The notes below the pieces were generated by a model. It was not told where the DNA came from. It did no database searches and saw nothing but the letters and a program-made list of their open reading frames with translations. The position numbers and the translations under genes were made by a program. DNA of 64,000 nucleotides from Lama guanicoe (taxonomy: Eukaryota), in assembly GCA_013239625.1 (NCBI GenBank), contig MU053652.1, forward strand, positions 8,343,499 to 8,407,498, read 5' to 3'. This document shows, one piece after another, positions 1 to 13,400 of the stretch (positions within the stretch are counted from its first letter, which is position 1; every line of letters begins with the position of its first letter).

Positions 1-748
1 AGTGTAGACAATGGGCTGAGTTGCTCAGAGACCACAGCTTATACATTGACTCCCGCCCACTGCCCACTCTCCGGCCCAAAACTGTGCGAGGTGCCAGATA
101 TGTGATGGTTAGCAAAACAGATTCCTGGCCCACACGGAATGTGTGTATAATAGAAAAGATATACAATAAGCAAGTAAACAAATAGTCTTTACACAATGTC
201 ACAATGTGCTATGCTATGAGGAAAACAAACAGGGCTCTGCGATGCAGAAAAATGGCAGGACCTACTTGGAAAAGCTCACCGTTTAAGAATTGTAAAGGCA
301 TAAACAGGGAAAAACCATGCTAGACATCTTACCGGTATCCCCTGCTCCTGGAGCAGTTTTGGTGCATCGTAGATGCTCACGCAATGTTAGAGTAATTAAC
401 AAATGAAAATAATAAGGAAATTGATGCAATTACTTACTTTCTATTATACAATTACTACAAAGTGTAAAGAGAAATATAAACTTTGAAAAGCATCATAAAC
501 TAACCTTTCATAAACCATAAACCACTCGTTGACTTTTAATTCCAAGGGTAATTTTCAATTTTTTTTAAAACCCAGGCAGGCAAGCTTAGTGAGTTGTATT
601 AAAAATGCAGATACAATTTAAAATAGCAAATTCATCATCAGAATTGATTTTCCTATTCGTTCATGGTTTCATAACAGAGTAGTTTTGTTCCAACTCTTTC
701 ATTTTTTCTACTAGACATTATGTGATTTTTTTTTAAAGCGATATTTCC

Positions 749-833
749 NNNNNNNNNNNNNNNNNNNNNNNNNNNNNNNNNNNNNNNNNNNNNNNNNNNN
801 NNNNNNNNNNNNNNNNNNNNNNNNNNNNNNNNN
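749..833. other. assembly gap (85 N)
   Basis: run of N. Confidence 0.99.
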
Positions 834-932
834 CTATATGAAATTCTAGAATTTTAGAAAACTGTTTTCTAAACTTATTTGACCTCACGGCTGCTCGATT
901 AAGTGTCTGTACACTCTACTAATCTCCATTCA

Positions 933-981
933 AAATACAAAAGCGTGACTCTGCTCTGCAAATACAAAAGCGTGACTCTGC
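933..981. repeat. 22-bp direct duplication AAATACAAAAGCGTGACTCTGC x2 (5-bp spacer TCTGC)
   Basis: identical copies at 933-954 and 960-981. Confidence 0.9.
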
Positions 982-1341
982 AGGTTTGTCATAATGAGTG
1001 GGGATGAAGATATTGGCGAGCTGGTGTTAGTCACGGCCAGTTTACAGATGGAGAAATTAAGGCATAGAAGGCACTTACCTGAGGTTACTCAGCTCTTTCA
1101 AAACCTAGTATATGGGTACTTTTTAAAATGTATTTATTTTTTTCTTAACAGTACTATTTCTAGGTAAGGATATGGAACTTATCTAAATTTGTATTCAGAC
1201 ACATCTACATTTCCTTCAACAAAATAGAAAGATAATGCAGTTGAAGGTCAAATTTAAGAGCAGTGAGAACAACATCTTTCTTATGCAATGTTATTTTCCC
1301 CTCACCAACGTAAATAATCATGGGTTTAATTGTAATTTCAG

Positions 1342-1478
1342 GTGGCATCTGCTTATTTCAAAGATTTTCACCTACTGCTAATTGGAGTCATCTGTTTAGC
1401 AACATCAATAGAAAAATGGAATCTGCATAAAAGGATTGCTCTGAGGATGGTGATGATGGTGGGTGTGAACCCAGCATG
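1342..1478 (+). CDS. SLC13A1: SLC13A1 exon 3 (137 nt): [45 protein letters not shown](W)
   Basis: tttcag|GTGGCA ... GCATG|gtaagt; translation matches NaS1. Confidence 0.97.
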
Positions 1479-4400
1479 GTAAGTACTGTGTTTACTGTTC
1501 GAGATTTATATTCCAAACAGAGAATTTTTGTGCAGAGCAAATAACCAGATAAGTAATGCACATCCAGACAACCATTTGTATGGCAGTGTAATTCATGATT
1601 TTTTTCCCCTCTCTGCAAATATGAAAGTGATATAAAGGGCACTTGAGTTGGAGGGGGGAAAAAAAACCCCAGCAACTTTCCTTTCACTGCCGGTCTAATT
1701 ACAGGGAGATTGGAATAAGTGCACACAACTCTGTCACCTTTTATGCACCATAGGAGTCAAAGCCGAGAGAAGCCTTGAACCTCAACAGACAAGACTGATA
1801 GACTTCAGAGTAGATTTCAGTGCTATCTTGTTTATTTGGCTGATTACACATTCAAGACTTGTTCAAGAGTATCCTTGATCATCAGGGAGGATGTTAAGAA
1901 CCAAAGACAAAGACGTTACTGACAAAATACAAATGTGTGCAGAAAAATTCCAAGGTGAACTTTTCTCTTTTTAAATGAACAGTTGCAAAGTGAAGCAATT
2001 ACGAAGTTTCATCTATAGAATGTGAAAGCAGGCAGTTGACTGAATTTTCCCACTAAAATAAATGTTCTTTTTTCTTTAAATTAATTGGGTGTTTTGATTT
2101 TAATTCTAGCTCTTGTTAAGAACATAAATGTGAGTTAAAAAAAAAATTCCAGTGTCATAATCATTTGCATAGTGGCATGCTTTAAAGCCTTAGGTGGTTC
2201 TTTCCTTCTCATCTTTCTTTAGAAATAGGAAAACTGTATTGAACCGTGTTGCATAATTCATTCTAGGGTATAGGCACGTCTGTGTTTATCATTTGTGGAG
2301 CAAACTGTTTTGTTAAATAGAAAAATATTAAATAACTCAGATGAGACAGATCTTTAAAAAAAGATTTGTTACTGAAAAATTTTATAACATGCAGGTATTA
2401 AGGGCATTTCAGTCTTAAAATGAAATGATGTTCCATGCTTCTCAAAGCGCTATAGAAATGTGTCTCTTCTTGGCCACTGACCCCAGGGGGTAGACAGAGT
2501 GGGGCACTGCATAGTGTGCGAAAGTCCTGTTCATTATACCACTAAATGGCTTTTCAGTTTAAGGCATTTTTACCAGATAGAAGGTTTATTAGATCCCAGC
2601 CGTTTTGTATTGAAAGATTTCATGTTTTGCCAATGCCTTAAGTTAAAATTGTTTCTGTTTTTTTTTAATTAAGAATCATTTCTGGTTTAAACAATTTTCT
2701 TAAAAGTTTTCTTTTAGAAATAGAAAATATTTGCCTTATTCGTAATTGAAACTTATACTGTGGAATTTTTCTTATAGATCTGTTTCAAAAGAAGAGTCAA
2801 AGAATTTCATAAATGGCTCTATATGGAAAGATGTGCTTCTGAGTGATTTTCTGGAACCTCCTACTCATACGAGATCATGTTTTTTTTTTTCTAAGTGTGA
2901 TTTTGAAAGTTTATAGACATGGTTTAAAATCCTCTAATCTTAGGTATGTTATTTTTAAGGGAGAAGAATTACTCTATTTATAAGAGAAGACAATGCAATA
3001 TATCCAGTTCTGACAACAGGCAGGAATGTCAGATTCAGGAGAGCATAAATCATTGAATCTACAGAAAACTCTGAAACTTCATTTTAGCTAGTGGTTTTAA
3101 AACCATTTCCTCCACGTACCACGTATTAAACCAGAGTAGTGAACAAGTGAAAAACAGATTTATAAATATTAATCTCCCTCCTTGCCTTGTGCCTCCCTGG
3201 CACACTAATAAACAGAGCTATAACCCAAAGACAAAGGGAAGAATAAGTGTTCTAAATTCAAATGCTGATGGCACCATGTCTTACCAGGATTTGAAGGTAG
3301 GTGTCATCTGTAAAGGGCATTCAAATATTGGCATTACATTATAGCTGGTATGTCATCTACCAACTTGCAGCTTGATTATAAGTTTTATCATTTTTCTGTT
3401 TTTGGAGAGAAGATTCTTAACGGTTTCCAGGGAGACAAATCTCATAAGAAATCCACTCTTACTGTGTGCCATTTTGATTTCCACTTGGCTATCACTGTCC
3501 TCAGAGTTCTTCATCTGGGAGGAATCCTAACCTTCTGTGTTTTGAAAAAATTAATTTCCAACTCACAAACAACATCCCTTACAGTTAAATAACACAGAGC
3601 TAGTTAATCTAGACAGCAGAGTTCATACTAAACGCCCTCTCATTTCAGGCTGACCTTGGGGTTCATGAGCAGTACCGCCTTCTTATCCATGTGGCTGAGC
3701 AACACCTCAACTGCGGCCATGGTGATGCCCATCGTGGAGGCTGTGGTGCAGCAGATCATCAGTGCTGAAGCAGAGGTCGAGGCCACTCAGATGACTTATT
3801 TCAGTGGATCAACCAACCAGGGACTGGAAATTGATGGTATCTCATGCTGATATGGCCACAGTGGGGTCTAGTCATTTGGGCAATAGAATAAACTCAAGAA
3901 TTCTGTATTGTATTTTGAATGAACTGTTCATATATACATGTATGACATGAAATTAACCTTCCTTTTTCTGTATTTCCCAATATTATACAAAGTAATTACA
4001 TTACCCAAATATTTTACCTGCAATTAATGGTTGAATTTACATTCTCTGGCAAAAGGGAAAGAATAAGGATGACTTTTCTATTCTTCAGCCTTTTTATCTC
4101 TCTTTTAAGGGTTTATCAGTAGACCTTCAGGTTTCTCTTTTGTACTGAAATGACTTTTCTGCATAGTATTGGGAACCTTTAATTCCTATATTCTGTTTGG
4201 AAACAGCATCACATTTCACTTGGTTATTTCTGGCCCTGAAAAAACTACTCTAATGCAGTGAAAAAATGTTGGGAGGACATTTGTATTTGTAAAATACTTC
4301 ATTACAAGGAGTGTTATCTCAGTATAAAGTGAATTCATTTATTTTTAGTTTCTAATAATGCTTTCATCTTCATACACCCCCCCACCCCTCAGACACATGC

Positions 4401-7400
4401 TGATAATCCTTCATTTAACTTTTTTTTTCTATTTACTATTTTGCAGAAAGTGTTGATGGAAATGAAACAAATGAGAAGAAAGAGAAAACAAAACCAGTTC
4501 CAGGGTAAAGAATATTGACATTTTGATTAGGATTTTCCAAATTACGTTTTAATAAAATTATAAACTGGGTCAATTTATTTTTCATATACAGGAATGATGC
4601 AGGGAAAACGTCAAGCAAGATGGAGCTGGAAAAGGTACATTAAATCTGATTCTTTCTAAATAATTATACATGAAATTATATTAGATCTGCAGTTAGATAT
4701 TGTATGCATTTTCAGACCTGTAAAACCTATAAATTATTTGCTTTCCTAAGTCAAAGCCTGGTATAATGGTTTGATAAGCCTTCATGGGTAGACACATAAT
4801 CAACATCCTGATAGGAAACATTTTAGGCTCTGAAAATTAGCATCATTTTCTCCTTTTACCAGGTTCATGGTGATGTCAGTGAGCACGTGTGTTTTAAAGA
4901 AATGCAATGCTGGTCTCAGAATATTGTTTCACTTTCTTATTAAAATCTTGCTGCCTGTTTTATTAGGAGCATCCTGTCTTTCAGGTTATGAACTTAGAGC
5001 AGCTGCTATGTATGTAATTACAACCCAGTTATCTTTAGTGTCCTCACTGCCACTAGAAACTGCGATGCAGAATTCCCGAGTCGCTACTGCCCAATACAGA
5101 TGGGGTTGGAGCTATCCTAGCTATTAAAGGAAGGAAGGAGACTTTTGTAAATTATCCCATAGAATTCATTTCCCCAAGATAAATCAATATAAAAATACTA
5201 TACTAGGTTGTATTGGGAATAATATATCTCGAGACCACTGAAAAATAATCCTGCATAGAAATAGTCCTATGGTAACCATGGCATTAGAAATATGAGAGTG
5301 GAGCATATGTTCCTTCCTCAGGCTATGATGCATTAGCATGTAATTCAATAGGAAGAAGAAAACCCTTTTGTTATTTACAGAAATCTTCAAGGGAAGAACG
5401 ATTTCTATATAAAGAGAAAACTGATACAAAGATTAATTTTAAGCCATTAGCTACCATATATATTAAGGGTTTTTAAGATGAGAATTGAATATGTATTTAT
5501 GAAAACCTTATCATCTTTAGGGCTGGAAGTAATTGTTTTAAAACACAGAAAATCAATAGTATGCCAGGTGTATTACAGAAGAATACATTAGAAATAGTTT
5601 TTAAAAACTGTTGGATATACTTGCACTCAGTAACTTTCTTGTGGTCATCTTTAGAAACCCTGTTTTCTGGCATGATGCCTAAATTTTGGGTCAAAGCCTT
5701 TCCAATAGATTTGCCATCTAACGCTGCCCCAGGTGTTACAAGAAAGTCTATTGATGAAAAGACCTGCTCCTTAGTGTAAGCAGCTCAGAGTCTAGTGGGG
5801 AAGATGGACTTTAGAAAAAAAAAAGTGTGATATAAATACCACAGCACAGGCACATACAGAGGCCAAGTCTTCTAGAAGCTGGAGCAACCAGCTCACCTGG
5901 GCATATTGCCAGAAGGAAATATGAGGTAAAGGAATTTGAGAATGGAGGGAAGATGGCTCTTGCAGTCAGAGGAGTGCAGATTCCATGCCTGCAGGGACCA
6001 AGTCTGCTTGGTTCCCCATTCAATCCCCTAGCTCGTTCCATTGCCTGAAGCAGAGTAAGTATTCAATAGATACTTACCTTGACTAATGAAGGAGTGAAAA
6101 AGAAAGAGGTAATGTACTCAGAATACAATGTATTCAAAGACCCAATTATTTAGAGAGCCGGGCTTTTTCAGAAACATCTCCAGTGCAGGTGCCGGGTGAT
6201 GAGTTGTAGGGAGTGAAACGTTCAGATAGGTTGGACCAGGATAAAAATAGCTGTTCATGCTATGCAGAGGAGTTTAGTTTCTCTTAAGGGGAATAGAGAG
6301 CCTTGAAACTAGGGGACGGCATGGTAGATTCTGCCCTTTGAAGAGCTTACTGTGGCAATAATGCGTAGGGCAGAAGGTATGGACCTAACTGGACTTCTTG
6401 ATTAATCTGACTGGGTGGATGAGAGAGAGAAAAGCACTGGAGATGCCTCTGCTACAGGAAGCTGGGCAAAGGCGGGGTGTGAAGCCACTGACGAGGTGAG
6501 GAACACCAAGGGAGCAGTAAGTTTTGAACAGGGGAAAGTAAGATAATTTGGGTGTATCTTAGGCCGTAAAGATTGAGATCTGAGTTCAAACAAGGCCTTT
6601 GAACATAAAAATGTAGCTTTATGTCAAAGAAAAATTAAGGGATAACGTTGTAGTCTATAATAGTATTCTTTGTAAGAGATTGCATGAAAGTATTATTTTA
6701 CATATTGTAGATTGGAGATATGTTTTGATTTTTAACAATTATAAATCTTCAATATGCAGGTTTTGTATAGTTTGTGTTATAATTGTTATAAGTTGTACCT
6801 GTTCTTTGCCAGGTTTTAACTAGATAATTTAACATTAACTGATTATGTGGAAGAATCTGTATCTAGTTAAACTAGCTATGAAATGGAAGGAATATTCATA
6901 ACATAATATTTTGGTCTTCTGCTTTCTTCATGATGTAGGTGAGGCATTTCATTTAATTAAAAGTAAATCCTGGGTGGTTTGACTTTGAATGTGAACTACA
7001 AGTCAAAAAGATCTAAATATCACTCCCTTTGAAGAGAAATGGTTTAAAATAAATTTCAAAGAAGAGGAAAAACAATGAAGGGCATAGACTTTTTGGTAAT
7101 TTGCACTAAAAAATTGTTTGATTTCTATGAAAATTAATGAAATTTCACACATTGGAATCACCAATCTGTTGATTTGATATACCTATATATTGTAAATGAT
7201 TACCACCAGTGTTATTTAACACCTCCATTGCGGTACATAATTACCATTTCTTTTTTTTTTTTTTTGAGGGGGGGAATTAGGTTTATTTATTCATTCATTC
7301 ATTCATTCGTTTGTTTGTTTGTTTGTTTGTTTGATAGAGGTACTGGGGGTTGAATCCAGGACCTCATGCATGTTAGGCGCGCACTCTACCACCGAGCTGT

Positions 7401-10400
7401 GCTCTCCCCCTCCATAGTTACCTCCATAATTACCACTTCTTTACTTCAATGTGACCATTTAAGATCTACTGTCTTAGTCGCTTCCAGCTATGTATATAGT
7501 ACTATTAATTATAATAGTCATGCTGTACATTAGATCCCAAGAACTTACTCATCTTATAACTGGGAGTTTGTACCCTTTGACCAATGTCTCCCCATTCCTG
7601 CTCCCGCCTCCCCTCCCCAGACCCTAGTCACCACCACTCTACTTCTGTTCTATGAGTTTGGCTTTCATCGATCCCACGTATAAATGATACCAGGCAGCAT
7701 CTGTCTTTCTCTGTCTGACTTACTTCACTTAGCATAGTGCTATTATAATGACAGCCATTCTAACAGGTGTGAGATGATAACTCTTTGTGCTTTTGATTTG
7801 CATCTCCCTGATGATTAGTGATGTTGAGTACCTTCTCATGTGCCTGTTGACCATTTTTATGTCTTCCGTGTAAAAAAGGTCTATTCAGTTCCTCTGCCTG
7901 TTTTTCAATTGGATATCCTGGGGTGGGTTGGTTGGTTTTTTACTGTTGAGTTGTATGGGTTCTTTATATACTTTCTCAGCCAAAAAATTCTTCTTAATAG
8001 CACTACAAAGTTTTGATACAGATAATAATGGTGAATAATTTGAAGATAATTTTCCCATTGCTGCTGCTCCTGCAGATGATGGTGATGATTATATGTTGAT
8101 TTTGAAGATGATGGATATTCAGTAGTCCCTTAGATTCCAGGAACTGATTACAGAGCACTCCTATCTAACAGTCGTATTCCTATGCTTCGTACATAAAAAA
8201 GAGATGTCTTCCATGACTCCCCAGGTGCCCTTTTCACTATAGGCCACGACCCAGACAATAGCAGCGTTCCCTCCTTGTGCCCCGAATAAAAGCAGTGGGT
8301 AGACACTTAGCCCATAAATTCTGTGTTGCTTCAAATTAGCTGAAATATTTTAGAGAAGAAAAGGAACAAGAAGAAAGGAAGGCCCCAAAAGAACACTGAC
8401 ATACACGGGGGAATAGATTCGGCAGGTTCCAGTGGAGAAACTGGGAGACCAATCATTGCTTATAGTATTTCCATGAGAAATAAGTTCTGAGTATCCAAAA
8501 GTCAACTTCTACACACCGAAAGAAAAACCAAGTTACTGTATTTTTTCCTTCATGACACTAGTGTTATTCAAAGAGATACCCCAGATTTTTTATACCAGCT
8601 CAATTTCTAAACCTCCAGGCATCTTTGAATGAAAACAATTGGAAAATCAGTATGCTTTTAATGAGAGGCCTAAGGTAATTGTTTTCCGTTCATCTTATAT
8701 AATTTGAACTTCCCCAAAGGGAAAAGTTCAAAGAAAATTTTCCTTGAACAAATTGAATCTTGCTTTTAATTAGGTGATGTTTAGTTTGGGGGTGAAAATT
8801 CTTGTTATTCAAAATCAAATTCTGTAAGACAGAACTCTTTAATGTTCTCCAAGAACTCAAGGTACCATGCAACAGTAATAAGCACGGGTCATAATACTAG
8901 GGACTAGGGACATTCGTTCTGTCAGGTAAGAAGCTAGCAATTCTAGAATATCTGGCCCCTAGATCAAATATGGAAAATGTATTTTACTTTAGATCAGGTA
9001 GGTGCTATAAACCACAGTCCTTCTTGACGACTTTCCCCTTCTCCTAGACTGGGTGAAATTGGGCAGCAAAGCCAGTTGTTAGTGCTGCCCAGTCCTGACC
9101 TGACACAACCCAGGCGTCTCCTTTACTCATCCAGCCAAACCCTGACGTTTACAGAGAGGTGAGCAGGGAGGGACAGAGACTATCACACACCCTTGAGGAA
9201 TCACAGAAGCATCAAAAAGACAAGAGGTAACAAGTGCTAAACGTGGGGAGAATAGGAACCCCTTTTGCGTTGTTGGTGGGATTGTAAACTGGTGCAATCA
9301 CTGTGGAAACCCAGGTCATTCATTCTCCCTTTGGCTATGTCTGTTTTGTTGCTTAACCCATTGACTGAATCTTTTAATTCAGTAACTTAAATTTCAATTT
9401 CTATAAATTCTATTTGTCTCTTTTTAAGATTTGCTTGGAAATTTGATAGTCTCTTTCTCCTTACTCATATTTCCCATCTTCTAACTTGTTAATCACAAAT
9501 AAGTGTATTTATATTCTGTGTCTAATTGCTCTAGTGTCTGAAGCCCCGTGGATCTCATTCTTTGGCCTATTTTTGTTTTCTGCTGGTTCTCATTTTTGTT
9601 GTCTTATTTTCTTGCATGTTTTGTGCTTTCAAATATTGAAATGCCGATTTTCTTTGAAACTCTATGGGAATTCCTCAAGTCCTAAGCTGCAGTTGCCTGG
9701 AAGAGCTTTGAATTATATCGCTGTTTTTTGTCTAATGCACAGGTAGCATCAGTTTAGGCTAGAAATGCTCGTGGTTTAGGAGTTTTCAGGGAACATTGCA
9801 TTTTTCCTTAAGTCAGCATGAGATTTCCTTGCCTTCTGCTTCTGCAAAGGATACCAGCTTTATGAGTGTTTTCCTATACTGTTCACCACACAGGGTGGGC
9901 CTTAGGCATTATCTGCCATCTTCAGCTCTCTCTGCAAAAGAATAAACTGAAATCCTCAGGTCAAAAACTGTTTAGACACTTCACTTAAGATTCCCACTTG
10001 CACATTATTTGGGGCCAAGGCAGATTCCTTACTTCTGTATCAGTTTAGTGATATATTTTTAAAGGGACTTTTTAATACTTTAAACAGCATTTCATTTAAC
10101 AGAAAATCTGATTTGTCATGCAGCTGGATAGAGAAATATCTGTTATATTATTTACACATTATTTCAGTCATTTCTATCACTATGAAAAGAAAACAAGATT
10201 TTTTTTTTCCAACAGCATGTATATTTTTATTTTTTGGTCTTCACTACGAAATCACAAAGGAGGCTTCTAAATAACATTCAAGATACAACATTTTGTAAAA
10301 CGGATTTTGGGTTTAATTGATTTTCAACATTGCTGAAAAAATATAAATTTTATGAAGAATCCTCATGTCTTGAGTGCTAAATTTTAAATATCCTTCTGTG

Positions 10401-13400
10401 CCTCATACCATTACTGTATAAACTAATATCCCAATTCACAATATGTGACATAATTCTTTATTAACTACAGTAGATATAAATCATATTTCAAAGAGTCCTA
10501 CTGATTACTTCAAACTTGTCACCAACTCTTCTGCGCTGTTCAGGTTATTGCTGATTAGGTCTTCACCAGATCCTCATGAGGAGGTCATATCAGGAGTAGG
10601 AGAAGGATGTCTCTTAAAATTTTCTTGCTGTTTACTTATGCATTATCTTCATTCTACAGTTTCGTTACATAAGTCATTTCCTATAGAAATTATTTAAAGC
10701 CATATGTACATTATGGGAGGGCTGGCTTAATTAAAACTAGAAAGGTTATTCTGTTATCCACTTAACCAAGCACATGTAAACTCAGTGTGCCGAGTGAACA
10801 TAGGAGACAGGCCCCACTGTCAATCCCCTCTGTGCACCATGGACTCTCCCCTCCCTTTTGCCTAGGGCATCCACCATGTATGGCCTACAAGGGCACCAAG
10901 GTCAATGCAATGACTACTAGTTAAGAATCATTTAGTTCTTGGTTTGTTTTTTTTAATGTAAAAAGAGAAATATTGCATCTTCCAATAAGATGGTAGATTG
11001 AATGGGCCCATTTACCTTCACTCTATCCCAAATCTCCGTTAAAACAGGAATAGACTTTCTAAGTCATAAGTCACAGTTATAAAAATGTCCAGAAAGGAGA
11101 TGACAGCAAAATCACTTTGGAGGCCAGAAAGTTAAAGAGTGAGTGGGAAATGCCTCAGTTATCCCACGAAAGTGGAATCCCGTCAGCCGTGAGGAAGGAC
11201 AATAAGCTACTGATCTAATTTACTCAGCCACAGCCCTCAGAGTCTTTAAAATGTTGAAAAGTGGGAGTAAGTAAAAAAAATTGCTTATGAAACAGTTAAA
11301 TCCCCAAACTTCTTCCTCAACTCCACCTGGATGCAGCTGCTTCCCCTCCACCAGACAAGTGTCATCTTTAGACGTAGTAAAGCAGAGGGTAAGGTGGACC
11401 TGACACCGTTCAGGCTCAGGGAAGGGCTTCATAGTGAAAACTGGAGCACCAAGTGATCGTTTGTATGTTCAATGGTGAGAGCCTTGCCCCATCTCACCGG
11501 CCCCAATAGCCAGGCCTCTACCCTCCAGGTGTCAGCAGGCAAGAGGCCAGGTTTTTCTTCGGGGAATGTAATCAACACAAGATAAAAGATGAAAATATAT
11601 TGCATTAAGTTTTCTCAAAAAAAAGATCCAGGCAGATGATAGCATCTGTGAGCCCACAGTCAACAACAAGTTCCGAAGAGCAGGTACAGGGCTTCCAACC
11701 AGCTTTCCACTGCCTTAAATAGGAGCAAACCACCCGAGTTCTTGGGTACCTGAAGACAACTGCAGGCATGAAAGAGAGAGATCCAAACAAACCAAAAGGA
11801 AACAAACTGGCAGGAAACAAAACTGCGCAGAAAGATGAAAACACAAGAAAAAAAATTATCATTAATATATATTCAGAGAGGTGAACAAAGAAATTGCAGT
11901 CATGAAATATGAATGAAATTTTATAAAAAAGGAATAAGACAAAAATAAATATATATAATAGAAAATAAATATATAAAATACAAACTATAAATATAAAATA
12001 TATAATATAAAGATAGAAATATAAAGCTATAAAATATAAATGAAAATTTTAGTATAAAAATAGGAAGAAACAAGATAAGATAGTAGGAGTTTCAGAAAAA
12101 GAATTGCGAAAACTAAGAAGGTTACCTCAAAATTCAAGAAAATTTTCATAGTGAAAGAATATAATTTTTATGACATACAGCCCCACTGGGTGCCAGCAAA
12201 ACTGATGAAACAGACCCACATAGGAAAGGGCCTTGAAATTTCAGAACATGGTAAATGAAGAGAAAACCCTAAAAGTTTCCAGAAAGGGGGAAAAACAGAT
12301 TCCTTAGGATAAAAACATGAATGACAGAAGACTTCTTTATAGCAACACTGAAAACTCAGAGACAATAGGGGAAAATGCTTTCAAAATTCTGGGTAACATT
12401 GTTTCCAATCTAGAAATCAATACCCAAACTATCAATGAAGTGAGAGGGTAGACCTGAGTCTAGATAGCTCTTTGCAGGTCTAGAAGAAGAAGATGGGGAT
12501 TTAGGACAGGCAGGAAAGCCCTGGAAGAGATGTGTCTAAGGCATGGAATTGGTAGAATATTTGATGTAGATTCATTATCCTATCATTTGATCATGTGGAG
12601 AGAAGATTTAAACAACCACAGAATATTTGGGGCTAATTTGGTGGTATCCACTTAGAAAACTAAGCAAGTAATGGGGGGATACAAAACACGAAAAGTAATA
12701 TATATCCTATTGTTCAGCTGTTAATAGATCTCTAGACAACATTCTGAACGTTGAGCTCTGCTCTAAGCAAAATTTCAATACAGCCACTGATGGGAGGATG
12801 ATGGTGACATAAAAAGTATGAGTGTGTATGAGTATTGAATATGGGAGGAGGCTGTGAAAGAAAGCTAAAGTCTCATCTAACATAGTGGAATTTTAATTGT
12901 AATGCCTACAACTGAGAAATCAGGAGATTTTATCATATGAATATAGTTAAAATAAGTGCAAATAAATATCCAAAAATAGCTGGAAGGTTTTAAACTGGCT
13001 GTATTTGAAAAGCAGAAAATTGTTAATGAGAACTAACATTTTGTGCAATTAGCCTTGAATAATTACTTAAATATAAATAGAACCCTTAATGTTTTTATAT
13101 CACACTCACCCAAATGAATTATTTTGTATTCGCAGTGGCGACCACTGGTTTAGTCCATGGTGATTCGTGTGTGCATTACTAGCACCCGAGATTCGTGTGT
13201 AACATGCCCCTGGAATCTGCAACCACTGCCACCAGGTGGCAATAGTGAGTTATATCTGGACTTGCAGGATTTTTGTTCTGAAATGTCCCGTGAGCACCAC
13301 TCGTTCTGTGATGTCTTAGGATTCTGAATTTGGTCATATCCTGTATAAAATGCTTTCAGTCACTTGGAAGAAGTTGTGGAAGACATACTGACAAGGTCTT

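Noticed and set aside
1388..1726. 112-aa minus-strand ORF, and similar antisense ORFs at 33321, 36982, 44021 and 47230
   Set aside because: Antisense shadows of real SLC13A1 exons with no independent coding signal.
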